Assembly (NCBI GenBank): GCA_965248695.1
Contig: CBDFKD010000002.1
Coordinates: 32,001 to 96,000 of the forward strand
From: Acidobacteriota bacterium
GTDB lineage: Bacteria > Acidobacteriota > UBA890 > WLXD01
Reading direction: 5' to 3'
DNA: 64,000 nt
The position numbers were made by a program, and so were the translations under genes. The notes below the pieces were generated by a model, which saw only the letters and a list, made by a program, of their open reading frames with translations, had not been told where the DNA came from and ran no database searches. Numbering within the stretch: position 1 is the first letter of the stretch; each line of letters opens with the position of its first letter. Positions 10,375 through 21,291 of the stretch are shown here, piece after piece.

Positions 10375-12102
10375 CTAACGGGCGCTCGCGGCCTCTTGCT
10401 CGTAGATCACGCGCCCGTCGAACACGGTCATCTGCACGACCGCTTGGTGGATCGTCAACGGCGCTACCTCGAAGAGATTCCGGTCCAGCACCACGAGGTC
10501 GGCCAGCTTCCCTACCTCGATGGAGCCACGTTGACGCTCGTCGAACGACAGCTCCGCACCGGCGATGGTGTAGGCGGCGAGCGCCTCCCCGAGCAAGATG
10601 CGCTCCTCCGGCTCCCAGGCGGTGTCGGTCTCTCCATAGGGGTCGACGCCGCCCAGGTGGCGACGTGTGACAGCGGTTTCCAGCCCGTCAACAGGAACGA
10701 TCGAGGTGACCGGCCAGTCGGTTCCGAAGACGAGCCGAGCACCGGCTGCGAGGATCGACCGGTGCACCAGCAGCTGCAGTGAGCGCTCCGGCCCCAGGCG
10801 CCGGGGCGCGAAGAACGTCTCCCAGTCGTCTCCTCGCGCCCACAATGGCGACATGTTCGCGGCCACACCCAGCGTGCGCAGTCGCGGGATATCGGCTGTG
10901 TTCGGAAAGTGTACGTGGGCCAGAAGGTGGCGCGAGTCGCGCCGGCCGTTGGCGCGTTGCGCCGCCTCGAACGCGTCGAGGATCTCGCGGATGGCGCGAT
11001 CGCCCATGACGTGCACCTGGATCTGGAATCCCTCGGCGTCGAGACGCGTCACCAAACGCTGCAGCCGCTGCGGCTCGACGGTCAGGTGGCCGAGAAAGTC
11101 GGGCCGGTCGGCGTAAGGCTCCAACAACGCCCCGGTGTATTGCTCGATCAGCCCGTCGAGGGCGATCTTGACGCAGGGTGCTCGCACAACCGTGTCTTGA
11201 AGCTGCGCACGACGCCTCAGGAAGCCTCGCACCTGCTCGTCGTCGTCGCCGGCTGGCGAGTAGCGCTGGCAGAGCACGGTGCGCGCGTTCAGCTCGCCGG
11301 CCTCCGCCAGCGCACGATAGTCTGCCTCGCTCTCCGGGCTCGTGCCGGCGTCGATGATCGCCGTGATGCCGTAACGAGCCAGCTCGCCAAAGCCGCGGCG
11401 GTAGCCATCGAGGCGCTGACGCCGCGATGGTTCCGGGATGTGCCGCCTGACCAGCTCCATGGCGCGCTCGTGGAGAACCCCTGTCGGAACTCCCGCCGCA
11501 TCACGCTCGATAACGCCGTTCGGTGGATCGGGGGTGGTGGCGTCGATGCCGGCGATCTCGAGCGCGCGGCTGTTTGCCCAGCCGTCGTGGTGCGACGAGT
11601 TGACCAGAAACGCCGGCCGATCGGTAACCAGCTCGTCGAGCATGTGACGATCCGGCAGCCCCGAGGGCTTGAAGGCCCCTTCCTCCCAGCCGCTACCCTC
11701 TATCCACGGCCGATCAGGGTATGCGGCAGCGTACTCCTCGATGATGCGAAAGACCCCGGCGCGATCGAAGACCCCGCCGACGTCGACAAGATCCATGCCG
11801 AGGCCGCCGCCGCCCGGATGTATATGGGAATCCTGGAAACCCGGCAACAGCATGCGTCCGCGAAGATCGACCACGCGCGTGGTGCGGCCGACGAAAGCCT
11901 CGACGCCGCGGTTGTCACCAACGTAAACGATGCGGTTTCCCGTCACCGCAACCGCAGATGCCCAGCTGCGCGCCGCATCCACTGTGTAGACGGCGCCTCC
12001 GCGAAACACGAGGTCGGCGGCGTCCTGGGCCCCAACGAGGCCCGGGGAAATGCTCGCCGCCAAGGCGACCAGCGCGATGGCGATAGCTCTCATTGTGACC
12101 AT
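10375..12102 (-). CDS. Amidohydrolase 3 family (YtcJ-like) protein
   Basis: PGFQDSHIH, KIALDG, HVMGDRA, FGTDWPV, GSIEVGKLADLVVLD. Confidence 0.9.
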   Translation of the reverse strand: MVTMRAIAIALVALAASISPGLVGAQDAADLVFRGGAVYTVDAARSWASAVAVTGNRIVYVGDNRGVEAFVGRTTRVVDLRGRMLLPGFQDSHIHPGGGGLGMDLVDVGGVFDRAGVFRIIEEYAAAYPDRPWIEGSGWEEGAFKPSGLPDRHMLDELVTDRPAFLVNSSHHDGWANSRALEIAGIDATTPDPPNGVIERDAAGVPTGVLHERAMELVRRHIPEPSRRQRLDGYRRGFGELARYGITAIIDAGTSPESEADYRALAEAGELNARTVLCQRYSPAGDDDEQVRGFLRRRAQLQDTVVRAPCVKIALDGLIEQYTGALLEPYADRPDFLGHLTVEPQRLQRLVTRLDAEGFQIQVHVMGDRAIREILDAFEAAQRANGRRDSRHLLAHVHFPNTADIPRLRTLGVAANMSPLWARGDDWETFFAPRRLGPERSLQLLVHRSILAAGARLVFGTDWPVTSIVPVDGLETAVTRRHLGGVDPYGETDTAWEPEERILLGEALAAYTIAGAELSFDERQRGSIEVGKLADLVVLDRNLFEVAPLTIHQAVVQMTVFDGRVIYEQEAASAR

Positions 12103-12431
12103 CTCGATCTCTCTCCGGTGAACATGGCGTCGACTACGATAGCGTAGCGCCGATCTGCCTGCGGTCGAGGATGAACGAGAGCTGCTTACAGACCTCGGCA
12201 GCTATCCATCAGGAGACGCTCATGTCCAAGTCCTACGCCGAGACGACTCCTGCGAGCGCGATGCGGCGATCAGGCAATAGCGAAGCAGAATCCAGGATTG
12301 AGGACTCGGGTCCGTATCGGCTCCTCCGCGCCGGTAGGATAATCGAGCGTCAAAAGAGACTACCGTCCTATTAGCTGCTAGGCGCAACGCGTTTATTCCC
12401 GACTCCGTACAGTCGGAGGGATCTAGATCAG

Positions 12432-14372
12432 ATGCGACAGAAGATCTCGTGGAAGCAGCTGTTGCCAGGTTGGCTCGTTGTCATCGGGGCATCGAGCGGC
12501 GTTTTCGGGTCCGCGCATGCCTACTCCCAGCAGCAGACGGAGCGGGTCGACGATGTGATCGTCGCACTCGATGTCATGGTGCCGATGCGGGACGGCATCC
12601 GGTTGGCCACCGACATCTATCGGCCGGCTCGTGGAGGCAAGGCGGCCGATGGACGGTTCCCGACCTTGCTCTGCCGCACGCCATACGGGACGTCGTTCCG
12701 GACCCCGGCCGCAACCGGCTTTGGCTGTTCCGAGGAACCTGCGCGTTCCATGGCGCGACACGGATATGTGGTGTTGACTCAGGATGTCCGCGGTCGATTC
12801 GACTCGGAGGGTGAGTTCTATGCCTACGTCAACGAGGGGCCCGACGGGTACGACACCGTGGAATGGGCAGCCGCGCAGCCTTTCTCGAACGGTGACGTCG
12901 GCACCTTCGGATCGTCGTACTACGCCGGCACACAGAACGCGCTGGCCGCGGAGCGTCCACCGAACCTCAAAGCAATGTTCCAGCGTGTCGGTAGCTCCCA
13001 CTACTGGCTAGACGGTGCCGGTAGTGGTGGCGCTTTCGCGCTCAGGCACAACCTCGGCTATGCACTCTACCTGGCTAGCACCGGCCAGGAAGCCGATCGC
13101 CAACCGGCTCTGAAGACAGCCCTGGAGGCCGCTCTACAGCGTGACAACCTCGCGGCTTGGCTCCAGGCCTACCCGTACCGGCCGCATGGGTCGCCGCTGG
13201 AGTTGGTGCCGAGTTATCAGCGCTGGTTCCAGGATTGGGTCGATCACTCCGCCCTCGACGACTACTGGACCCAGAGCGGCTATGCCTTCGAGCCTTACTA
13301 CGACGACTTCCCGGACATCCCTGTCTACTTCGTTGGCGGTTGGTACGACATCTTCCTGCGCGGCACGTTGCAGGGCTACTCGATGCTCTCGGCGATCCAA
13401 TCGAGCGAGAAGCGCCTGCTGGTCGGTCCATGGACCCATGGTGTCGGGCCGCGAACCAGCGGTGAGGTCGACTTCGGAGTCGACGCCGCAATCGATCTGG
13501 AGGCGGAGCAGCTACGCTGGTTCGACCACGTGTTGCGTGGCAAGGACACCGGCTTCACCGACGAACCGCCCGTCCGTGTGTTCGTCATGGGGGGCGGAGA
13601 TGGCTCTCGTACCACGGAAGGCCGCCATCGACACGATGGCGGCTGGCGGTCGCTCGGGGGTTGGCCGCCCGCGGCTGCCGAGTCTCGAGCCTACTACCTG
13701 CAACCGAACGGCCGGCTCGAGCTGCAAGCATCGCGTTCCATCGCGGAGCCATCTGTCTTCACCTTCGATCCCACGGATCCGGTGCCGACGATCGGTGGGA
13801 AGATCAGCTCCGGCAACAACGTGAGCCCGCCCGGCCCCTACGACCAGCGGTGCGATACAACGAAGTTCTTCCCCTGCAAGGACAATCTACCGCTGGCAGC
13901 GCGCCGCGACGTGCTCGTCTTTCAGACGGCACCTTTGCATGAGGATGTCGTCGTCGTCGGTCCGGTTACGGTGACCCTTTGGATAGCCTCGTCAGCGGTG
14001 GACACCGACTTCACCGCCAAGCTTGTCGATGTGCATCCCCCGGGTCCTCACGCACCCGCCGGCTATTCGATGCTGCTGGCGGACAGCATCGTACGGGCAC
14101 GCTACCGAGACAGCCTGGCGACAGCAAAGCCCCTGGACCCTGGTGAGATGTACGAGATCGAGATCGATCTTCTCGGCGTCGCCGCCCGGTTCAAGAAGGG
14201 GCACCGGATTCGACTCGACGTGTCGAGCAGCAACTACCCCTTCTTCGATGTCAACCCGAACACCGGCGAGCGCCCTGGTCATCACACGCACATGGCACCG
14301 GCGCGCAACAGCGTCTATCACGATCGGACGCGCCCTTCGAAGCTTCAGCTGTCCATCCTGCCAGAGCCGTGA
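12432..14372 (+). CDS. CocE/NonD family serine hydrolase
   Basis: VPMRDGIRLATDIYRP, QDVRGRFDSEG, GSSY nucleophile, GGWYD, GPWTH, DTDFTAKLVDV. Confidence 0.92.
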   Translation: MRQKISWKQLLPGWLVVIGASSGVFGSAHAYSQQQTERVDDVIVALDVMVPMRDGIRLATDIYRPARGGKAADGRFPTLLCRTPYGTSFRTPAATGFGCSEEPARSMARHGYVVLTQDVRGRFDSEGEFYAYVNEGPDGYDTVEWAAAQPFSNGDVGTFGSSYYAGTQNALAAERPPNLKAMFQRVGSSHYWLDGAGSGGAFALRHNLGYALYLASTGQEADRQPALKTALEAALQRDNLAAWLQAYPYRPHGSPLELVPSYQRWFQDWVDHSALDDYWTQSGYAFEPYYDDFPDIPVYFVGGWYDIFLRGTLQGYSMLSAIQSSEKRLLVGPWTHGVGPRTSGEVDFGVDAAIDLEAEQLRWFDHVLRGKDTGFTDEPPVRVFVMGGGDGSRTTEGRHRHDGGWRSLGGWPPAAAESRAYYLQPNGRLELQASRSIAEPSVFTFDPTDPVPTIGGKISSGNNVSPPGPYDQRCDTTKFFPCKDNLPLAARRDVLVFQTAPLHEDVVVVGPVTVTLWIASSAVDTDFTAKLVDVHPPGPHAPAGYSMLLADSIVRARYRDSLATAKPLDPGEMYEIEIDLLGVAARFKKGHRIRLDVSSSNYPFFDVNPNTGERPGHHTHMAPARNSVYHDRTRPSKLQLSILPEP

Positions 14373-14406
14373 ACCATGACGGTGGGGCGCTGACGCACGC
14401 GAGAGA

Positions 14407-15483
14407 CTATCTCCGCACTTCCAGCGTCTCCTGATACCGGGCCCCGCTCAGCACGTTGGAGAGCGAGTAGTTGCCCTCGTGACAAGCGAACTCGTACAGC
14501 GGTTGATCGAACCGTTCGAAGGGAACCTGTCCGCCCCAGACACTCGTGTACATCGTCGGGTCATCGATCGTGAACTCGTAGACGACGGTATCCTCGTCGA
14601 CGCGGGTAAAGCGCTCGATCACCTTCTGATCGTTCGATGGTGGAACTCCGCGGAACATGTGAACGGGATTGAGGTTGGTGGTCTCGACCACCAGCGTGTC
14701 GTCCTCCCACCGACCCCACGAGTCGCCGAACCACGGACGGACGTCCTGCGGCAGCCCCGTCGGCTCGCCGAGCCGAATGATCCGCGCGTCGTGCACCATC
14801 TCTGCCATGATCACCACGTGATCGGCATTTTGTACGATGGTGTAGTTGTTGTTGTACCAGTAGTTGGGCAGCATCGGCGGTCCGGCGCTTGATTGGAACG
14901 ATACAAGGCATCGTTCGCCATCTGGGCGGAGCTCCGGATGGTCATACGGACCGAACTGGCTCCTGAGCTCCTGATACTCGTCGACCCGGCGACGCCCCTC
15001 GTGCGTCAGCTCCGGCGCACGTCCGTCCGGCGGATTTGTGACCAGCGAGCTCCGTGGCTCACCGTTGACGATCGCTACCCGCTCACCGGGCTCTCGGTAG
15101 ACTTCGTTGTAGCAATCTGTCGCCGAATGGATGCACTCTGGAATCGTGCCCCCGGCCGGAAGCGGCGCGCGGTTCGGATCGCTCGGAGCGGCGCCTCGGG
15201 CGACCATTTCGAACTGCCTGGCTTCGATCTCGGCAACCTCCTCCGACGTGAGAACAGCTCCCTGGCCTGCGGGACGCTGGAAGGGGGTCAGCGTCGCATT
15301 GGTCCAGTTCCCCTGGAGGTCCGGATGACCGTGCGACGTTCTGGGCACCTCCCACGGTGCAGCCTCGGAGACTTCGGCCTGCTGGGCAGCGGCGTAGGAT
15401 GACACGGCCGCCGCCGATACAAGCGCCGCCACGACGATCGGATGGTGCCTTGCAGAGAAAGGTACCGAGAGCTTGCCGTTCAT
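14407..15483 (-). CDS. Conserved secreted hypothetical protein
   Basis: Signal peptide; PDLQGNW, GDSWGRWEDDTLVVETTN and YEFACHEGN motifs of a family I recognise as common but uncharacterised. Confidence 0.75.
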   Translation of the reverse strand: MNGKLSVPFSARHHPIVVAALVSAAAVSSYAAAQQAEVSEAAPWEVPRTSHGHPDLQGNWTNATLTPFQRPAGQGAVLTSEEVAEIEARQFEMVARGAAPSDPNRAPLPAGGTIPECIHSATDCYNEVYREPGERVAIVNGEPRSSLVTNPPDGRAPELTHEGRRRVDEYQELRSQFGPYDHPELRPDGERCLVSFQSSAGPPMLPNYWYNNNYTIVQNADHVVIMAEMVHDARIIRLGEPTGLPQDVRPWFGDSWGRWEDDTLVVETTNLNPVHMFRGVPPSNDQKVIERFTRVDEDTVVYEFTIDDPTMYTSVWGGQVPFERFDQPLYEFACHEGNYSLSNVLSGARYQETLEVRR

Positions 15484-15653
15484 CTTTGCCTTCCTTTGCC
15501 TGTGTGCACGTACGATCATCGACCCGCAGCAGCCTCCCTCAGGCGATTCGTCTCCCAGTTCGTCACGAGATGACTGACCCAGTTTACAGACACGACGATT
15601 GAGTCACGCGTCGCGTCGCCTCTGTTGTTGAGCTACGGCCTGCTAGAGTCAGG

Positions 15654-15705
15654 GCCGACCCCAGCTGCCTGACGAGAACTAGCGCGCAGTCCACCCCGAT
15701 ACGGA
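15654..15705 (+). repeat. 52-bp direct repeat, copy 1
   Basis: 48/52 identical to 21778-21829. Confidence 0.9.
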
Positions 15706-15838
15706 CAGCGAAGTAGTACTCGATGTAGCGATCGCCGTCGCTCACCCCGAGGCGGCGCAACGCGCGGCCAGCCTGTGCAGTCGACGGTTCCCCACCGCGC
15801 AGCTGCACGGTCCGCTTGAGCGCCTGCGTCAAGTACAT
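15704..15838 (-). pseudogene. Remnant of a long-chain fatty acid-CoA ligase N-terminus
   Basis: MYLTQALKRTVQ...ALRRLGVSDGDR..YIEYYFAV aligns, with deletions, to MFNLTQPLRQAVQ...ALIARGLKPDDR...YFELYYAV of the ligase at 19356. Confidence 0.7.
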
Positions 15839-15944
15839 CGCGTCTTCAGGGTTCGCCGGAGCAGACTCCGAGATGGAGATTGTTGGTAGTCTAGCCAGTG
15901 GATCCAGCGTCATTCTGACCACGTTCGCGGGCCTCTTCTTACTC

Positions 15945-18122
15945 ATGCAAGCCATCAAATTCGATGTAGACGGCGACGGTATCGCCACCATCCTGATCGA
16001 TCTCGAGGACCGCTCGACGAACGTCATCACGCCGGCGTTCAGCAGCGAGCTCGCGGGGGCGGTCGAAAGAGTCGCATCGACCGACGACATCAAAGGCGCC
16101 GTCGTGACGTCGGGTAAGGACTCGTTCATGGCCGGCGCGGACCCGACCTGGCTGGTGACCCTGTTCGCCAGCGGCCAGAGCGCTGATGAGCTCTACGCCG
16201 GATGCCGTGCCCTGCAGCAGACACTGCGGCGCATGGAAACTTGCGGCAAGCCCTTCGCCGCGGCCATCAACGGCACTGCCCTCGGTGGCGGGTTCGAGAT
16301 CTGCCTTGCCTGTCACCATCGAGTTGCCTCCGACATTCCGTCCTACGTCGTCGGCCTGCCCGAGGTGCAGTTGGGGCTGCTTCCGGGCGCCGGGGGCACC
16401 CAGCGGTTGCCGCGTCTCATAGGGCTCGAGGCGGCCCTCCCGCTACTTCTCGAAGGCAAACATCTGAGGCCGAGCGCGGCGCTCGAGTCGGGGCTCGTGC
16501 ACGAGCTCGTGCCGCCCGATCAACTGATCGGTGCCGCCAAGCGGTGGCTGATGAGGTCGGGTAACACGCAACAACCATGGGACATCGAGGGCTTCAAGGT
16601 ACCTGGGGGGGCCGGTCTCATGCATCCGAAGTCAACACGCGTGTTGATGGTGGAAACGGGGCTCGTGGCTCAAAAGACCAGCCACAACTACCCGGCGCCG
16701 ATCTCGATCCTGTCGTCGGCATACGAAGGCACCGTGGTGCCCATCGATACCGGTTTGGACATCGAGACCAAGTACCTCGTCTCATTGCTGATGAGCCCGG
16801 TGGCCCGCAACATGACGCGCACCCTGTTCCTCAGCAAAGACGCCGCCGACAAGCTCGTGCGCCGGCCGAAGGGAATCGCCAAGCACCGCGTGACCAAGCT
16901 CGGTGTCCTCGGTGCCGGAATGATGGGCTCGGGGATCGCCTACGTCTCCGCCCGCGCGGGGATTGAGGTGGTGCTGCTGGACACCACGAGCGAGCGTGCG
17001 CGGAAAGGCAAGAACGTTTCTCGAGCGCTGCTCGAGGGGCGCGTCGCTCGCGGACGCCAGGACGAGGCGGCGGCGACAGAACTGCTCGGGCGGATTCACC
17101 CGACCGACGACTTCGACGATCTGGCCGGCTGTGACCTCGTGATCGAGGCCGTGTTCGAGAGCCGCGAGGTCAAGGTCGACGCGACCCGCAAGGCCGTGGC
17201 GGTGATCCCGGAGGCCGCCGTGTTTGCTTCCAACACGTCTACACTCCCGATCACCAGCTTGGCGGCAGCCTCGGACAGGCCAGAACTGTTCTTGGGCCTC
17301 CATTTCTTCTCTCCGGTCGACCGCATGCCTCTCGTGGAGGTGATCATGGGCGAGCAAACCGGCGAGGTGGCACTGGCACGCGGGCTCGACTACGTGCAGC
17401 AAATCGGCAAGACACCGATCGTGGTCAACGACAGCTGCGGCTTCTATACCAGCCGTGTGTTCGGCACCTACATCCGCGAGGGGATGACGCTTCTTTCCGA
17501 GGGCGTCGGTGCGGCGCTGATCGAGAACGTTGCGCGGCAGGCGGGAATGCCGGTCGGGCCGCTTGCCGCAACCGACGAGGTGTCCCTGGAGCTTGCCTAC
17601 CAGCTCAACAGGCAGACCCGCGCGGATCTGGGCGACGAATATCCGGCGACCCCCGCCGACGAAGTAGTACGTCAATTCGTGGAAGACCTGGACCGTCGCG
17701 GCAAGCGCTTCGGCAAGGGTTTCTACGACTACCCGGAGGGAGGTAAGAAGCGCCTGTGGTCCGGGCTCAGTAGGATCTTCCCGCCCGTGCACGTGCAACC
17801 GGCCGCGGACGAGATCCGCAGGCGCCTGCTCTACATCCAGGCGCTCGAGACGGTTCGTTGTCTGGACGAAGGGGTCGTCGGCCAACCGGCCGATGCCGAC
17901 GTCGGCTCGATCCTGGGCTGGGGTTTCCCCGCCCACACCGGAGGCACCGTATCGTTTATCGAGACGGTCGGGCTGAAGACGTTCGCCGACGGGTGCGAGC
18001 GCATGGCGGAAGCCTACGGAGATCGCTTCGCAGTTCCCGCCAGCCTGCGAGAGCGAGCCGACGAGCGCGCGCCTTTCTACCCTGAGCCTGTGGGCACGGC
18101 CGCCCGACTGGCAGGGAAGTAA
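15945..18122 (+). CDS. fadB: Multifunctional enoyl-CoA hydratase / 3-hydroxyacyl-CoA dehydrogenase
   Basis: ALGGGFE, GLPEVQLGLLPGAGGTQRLPR, GAGMMGSG, ASNTSTLPI, HFFSPV. Confidence 0.92.
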   Translation: MQAIKFDVDGDGIATILIDLEDRSTNVITPAFSSELAGAVERVASTDDIKGAVVTSGKDSFMAGADPTWLVTLFASGQSADELYAGCRALQQTLRRMETCGKPFAAAINGTALGGGFEICLACHHRVASDIPSYVVGLPEVQLGLLPGAGGTQRLPRLIGLEAALPLLLEGKHLRPSAALESGLVHELVPPDQLIGAAKRWLMRSGNTQQPWDIEGFKVPGGAGLMHPKSTRVLMVETGLVAQKTSHNYPAPISILSSAYEGTVVPIDTGLDIETKYLVSLLMSPVARNMTRTLFLSKDAADKLVRRPKGIAKHRVTKLGVLGAGMMGSGIAYVSARAGIEVVLLDTTSERARKGKNVSRALLEGRVARGRQDEAAATELLGRIHPTDDFDDLAGCDLVIEAVFESREVKVDATRKAVAVIPEAAVFASNTSTLPITSLAAASDRPELFLGLHFFSPVDRMPLVEVIMGEQTGEVALARGLDYVQQIGKTPIVVNDSCGFYTSRVFGTYIREGMTLLSEGVGAALIENVARQAGMPVGPLAATDEVSLELAYQLNRQTRADLGDEYPATPADEVVRQFVEDLDRRGKRFGKGFYDYPEGGKKRLWSGLSRIFPPVHVQPAADEIRRRLLYIQALETVRCLDEGVVGQPADADVGSILGWGFPAHTGGTVSFIETVGLKTFADGCERMAEAYGDRFAVPASLRERADERAPFYPEPVGTAARLAGK

Positions 18123-18124
18123 CG

Positions 18125-19333
18125 ATGTCCGACGCATTCATCTTCGACCACGTCCGTAGTCCCAGGGGGCGCGGCAAGTCGACCGGCGCGTTGCACGCAA
18201 TCACCCCGGTTGAATTGACGACACAGGTGCTCGAGGAGTTGCGTGATCGAAACGAGCTGGACACGTCTCGCCTCGACGACGTGGTGCTGGGCTGCGTGAT
18301 GCCGGTAGGCGAGCAGGGCTCCAACATCGCCCGGACGGCAGTGCTCAACGCCGGCTACGCTGAAACGGTCCCCGGCAAGCAGCTGAATCGCTTCTGCGCT
18401 TCGGGACTCGAGGCCGTGAACACGGCCGCGGCGCAGGTCATGTCCGGGCAGTCGGAGCTCGCGATCGGGGGAGGCGTCGAGTGCATGTCGCGCGTCCCCA
18501 TGGGCGCCGACTCGGGCGCCATGTTTGCGGACCCGCAAATCGCTTACAAGACCTACTTCGTACCACAGGGCATCAGCGCCGACCTCATCGCGAGCAGGCA
18601 CGGCTTTTCGCGCCAACAAGTCGACGGCTACGCGGTAGACAGCCAAGAGCGAGCCGCCCACGCCTGGGAGCATGGCTATTTTGATGCCTCGGTGGTGTCG
18701 GTCAAAGACCGTCTCGGGACGACCGTGCTCGAACGTGACGAGCATCCGCGCCCCGGAACCACCCTCGAGGACCTGGCTGTGCTGAGCCCCTCGTTCGCGG
18801 CGGTGGGCGAGCAAGCAGGATTCGATGCCGTCGCCCTGCAGCGATACCCGGAAGTGGAACAGATAGAGCACGTCCATACTCCCGGCAACTCGAGCGGCAT
18901 CGTCGACGGCGCGGCTGCGGTTCTCGTGGGCAACCGCGAGCTCGGCGAGGCGCTGGGACTCAAGCCGCGCGCCCGGATTCTGGGATTCTCGTCGATCGGC
19001 TCGGAGCCGACCATCATGCTGACCGGTCCCCGGCCGGCGGCCGAGAAGGCCATGACCCGCTGCGGCATGACCCCCGACGATATCGACCTATACGAGCTCA
19101 ACGAGGCGTTCGCCGCGGTCGTACTGCTCTTCATGCAGCAGCTGGAGATTTCGCACGAGAGGATCAACGTCAACGGCGGGGCAATCGCCATGGGCCACCC
19201 GCTCGGAGCTACGGGTGCGATGATCCTCGGGATCGCGCTCGATGAGCTCGAGCGACGAGACCTGAGCACCGCCCTCGCTACGCTCTGTGTCGGCGGTGGG
19301 ATGGGTACCGCGACAATCATCGAGCGAGTCTAG
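18125..19333 (+). CDS. fadA: Acetyl-CoA C-acyltransferase (thiolase)
   Basis: NRFCASG, NEAFA, GHPLGATG, CVGGGMG. Confidence 0.95.
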   Translation: MSDAFIFDHVRSPRGRGKSTGALHAITPVELTTQVLEELRDRNELDTSRLDDVVLGCVMPVGEQGSNIARTAVLNAGYAETVPGKQLNRFCASGLEAVNTAAAQVMSGQSELAIGGGVECMSRVPMGADSGAMFADPQIAYKTYFVPQGISADLIASRHGFSRQQVDGYAVDSQERAAHAWEHGYFDASVVSVKDRLGTTVLERDEHPRPGTTLEDLAVLSPSFAAVGEQAGFDAVALQRYPEVEQIEHVHTPGNSSGIVDGAAAVLVGNRELGEALGLKPRARILGFSSIGSEPTIMLTGPRPAAEKAMTRCGMTPDDIDLYELNEAFAAVVLLFMQQLEISHERINVNGGAIAMGHPLGATGAMILGIALDELERRDLSTALATLCVGGGMGTATIIERV

Positions 19334-19355
19334 GGGGCTCCGGACCGAGGGCGCG

Positions 19356-20903
19356 ATGTTCAACCTGACGCAACCGCTCCGACAGGCCGTGCAGGCCGCG
19401 GCCGACGTGCTGGCAACTCGATTCCTCGACCGTGACCGGACCTGGAGCGAGGTCACCGAGAGGATCGCGCGGCTCGCGGCGGCGTTGATCGCCCGGGGCC
19501 TGAAGCCCGACGACCGCGTGGCAGTCCTCGCACTGAACAGCGATCGGTACTTCGAGCTGTACTACGCCGTTTGGTGGGCGGGAGGCGCCATCGTCCCGCT
19601 CAACACGCGCTGGAACGACAGGGAGACCGTTTACGCGCTCGATGACTCCGAGTCCTCGATGTTGTTCATCGACGACGCCTTCCTCGAGGTCGTGCCGGCA
19701 CTCCTGGAGGGCTGCGGGCACATCCGAACCGTCGTCCACATGGGCGAGGGCGAGGCGCGGGAAGATCTGTTGAGCTACGAGTCGATGGTCGCGTCCCACG
19801 AGCCCGCCGAGGACACAATGCGGGCCGGTGACGATCTCGCGGGGCTGTTCTACACGGGCGGCACCACGGGCTTCCCGAAAGGCGTCATGCTGTCGCACGA
19901 CGGCCTGTACATCAGCGGGCTGGGTGGCATGGCGACGGCGATCAGCGACATGCCCGACTACGTGTTTCTCCATCACGCGCCGATGTTCCATCTGGCTGAC
20001 GCGATGATGATCGTCACCGGGTCCATGCTGCGTTGTACACACGCCATGATCCCGCAGTTCGAGCCGAAGGCCTCGTTGGAGGCCGTGCAGCGCTTCCGGG
20101 CAACGAACGCGATCTTCGTTCCGACCATGCTCGCGATGTTCGTGCGGCATCCGGACTTCGACCAGTACGACTTGTCGAGCTTGAAGCTCATCGGCTACGG
20201 CGCTTCGCCCATGCCGACGGCCTTGCTTCGCGAGACCATGGAACGGCTTCCGCACACCGAGCTGTTCCAGGGCTACGGTCAGACCGAGCTGTCGCCGCTC
20301 GCGACGATGCTCGCCCCCGAAGACCATGTTCTCGAAGGGCCCGGCTCCGAGCGTCTGAAGTCGGCGGGTCGCGTCATGCCCCACTGCGAAACGGAGGTCG
20401 TCGACGAGAGCCTGCAACCGGTGCCCAGCGGCACCATCGGACAGATCCGCGTTCGCGGCCCCAACGTGATGCTGGGGTATTGGAAGCAGCCCGCGCTGAC
20501 TGCGGAGACCATCGTCGATGGCTGGTTGCTGACGGGAGACGCCGGCTACATCGACGAGGCCGGGTTTCTCTACGTTGTCGACCGGGTCAAGGACATGATT
20601 GTCTCCGGCGGAGAGAACGTGTACTCGGTCGAAGTCGAGAACGCCATCATGGAGCATGAGGGCATTGGGCAGTGCGCCGTGATCGGGATCCCGCACGAGT
20701 TCTGGGTGGAGCAAGTGCACGCGCTCGTCGTGCCGAAGCCCGGCAGCGAGATAACCGAGCAGGAGATCATAGACCATTGCCACGAGCACATCGCGGGCTA
20801 CAAGTGCCCGCGTTCCGTCGAGATCCGGCGAGAACCGTTACCGCTCTCGGGCGCCGGCAAGGTTCTCAAGCGCGAGCTGCGGCCCGACAAGACAACAGGT
20901 TGA
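19356..20903 (+). CDS. Long-chain fatty acid-CoA ligase
   Basis: YTGGTTGFPKG, GYGQTE, TGD, DRVKDMIVSGGENVY, SGAGK. Confidence 0.92.
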   Translation: MFNLTQPLRQAVQAAADVLATRFLDRDRTWSEVTERIARLAAALIARGLKPDDRVAVLALNSDRYFELYYAVWWAGGAIVPLNTRWNDRETVYALDDSESSMLFIDDAFLEVVPALLEGCGHIRTVVHMGEGEAREDLLSYESMVASHEPAEDTMRAGDDLAGLFYTGGTTGFPKGVMLSHDGLYISGLGGMATAISDMPDYVFLHHAPMFHLADAMMIVTGSMLRCTHAMIPQFEPKASLEAVQRFRATNAIFVPTMLAMFVRHPDFDQYDLSSLKLIGYGASPMPTALLRETMERLPHTELFQGYGQTELSPLATMLAPEDHVLEGPGSERLKSAGRVMPHCETEVVDESLQPVPSGTIGQIRVRGPNVMLGYWKQPALTAETIVDGWLLTGDAGYIDEAGFLYVVDRVKDMIVSGGENVYSVEVENAIMEHEGIGQCAVIGIPHEFWVEQVHALVVPKPGSEITEQEIIDHCHEHIAGYKCPRSVEIRREPLPLSGAGKVLKRELRPDKTTG

Positions 20904-21038
20904 CTCGTAACCACCGTACCGCGGGTGCTTGGCATGACCGTTGATGCGCAGATCCACGACACGCCGGCAGAGTTGCCCGAGTCCCTCGTTCGTGACGGCG
21001 CCTAGCGGCACGTCTTTTCGTACCGTCCGATGGACCGC

Positions 21039-21227
21039 ACACGAGGAGCGTTCGTTCGGGTGGACGGGGACGTGTAGCCGGCGCCGCGATTCAGCCGTAC
21101 GCCTCCCGACCCACCGCGGTCAGGCGTGGTTCCCGGATTCGATACGCGTGAGGTGCTCGCGGAGGCGGGCCTCAGTCGCGATGAGATCGATTCCTTGATC
21201 GAGAACCGGCCCGTCACGCAGCCCTGA
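21039..21227 (+). pseudogene. C-terminal remnant of a CaiB/BaiF CoA-transferase (alpha-methylacyl-CoA racemase-like)
   Basis: RGAFVRVDGDV*PAPRFSRTP...DTREVLAEAGLSRDEIDSL; in-frame TAG at 21075; N-terminal part absent. Confidence 0.75.
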
Positions 21228-21291
21228 CCCCATGCTCGTTCGCGCCCCGAGGGAGATGGTACATTGCACGCCTGTTCGGAGGAGGAAGCCG

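Noticed and set aside
12171-12374. 67-aa ORF between divergent hydrolase genes
   Set aside because: No motif or convincing coding signal; likely intergenic or decayed sequence
16782-20789. Long antisense ORFs (e.g. 16782-18137, 19317-20789; similarly 10909-12147, 48963-50369)
   Set aside because: Shadow frames of well-supported genes in high-GC DNA, with no recognisable motifs
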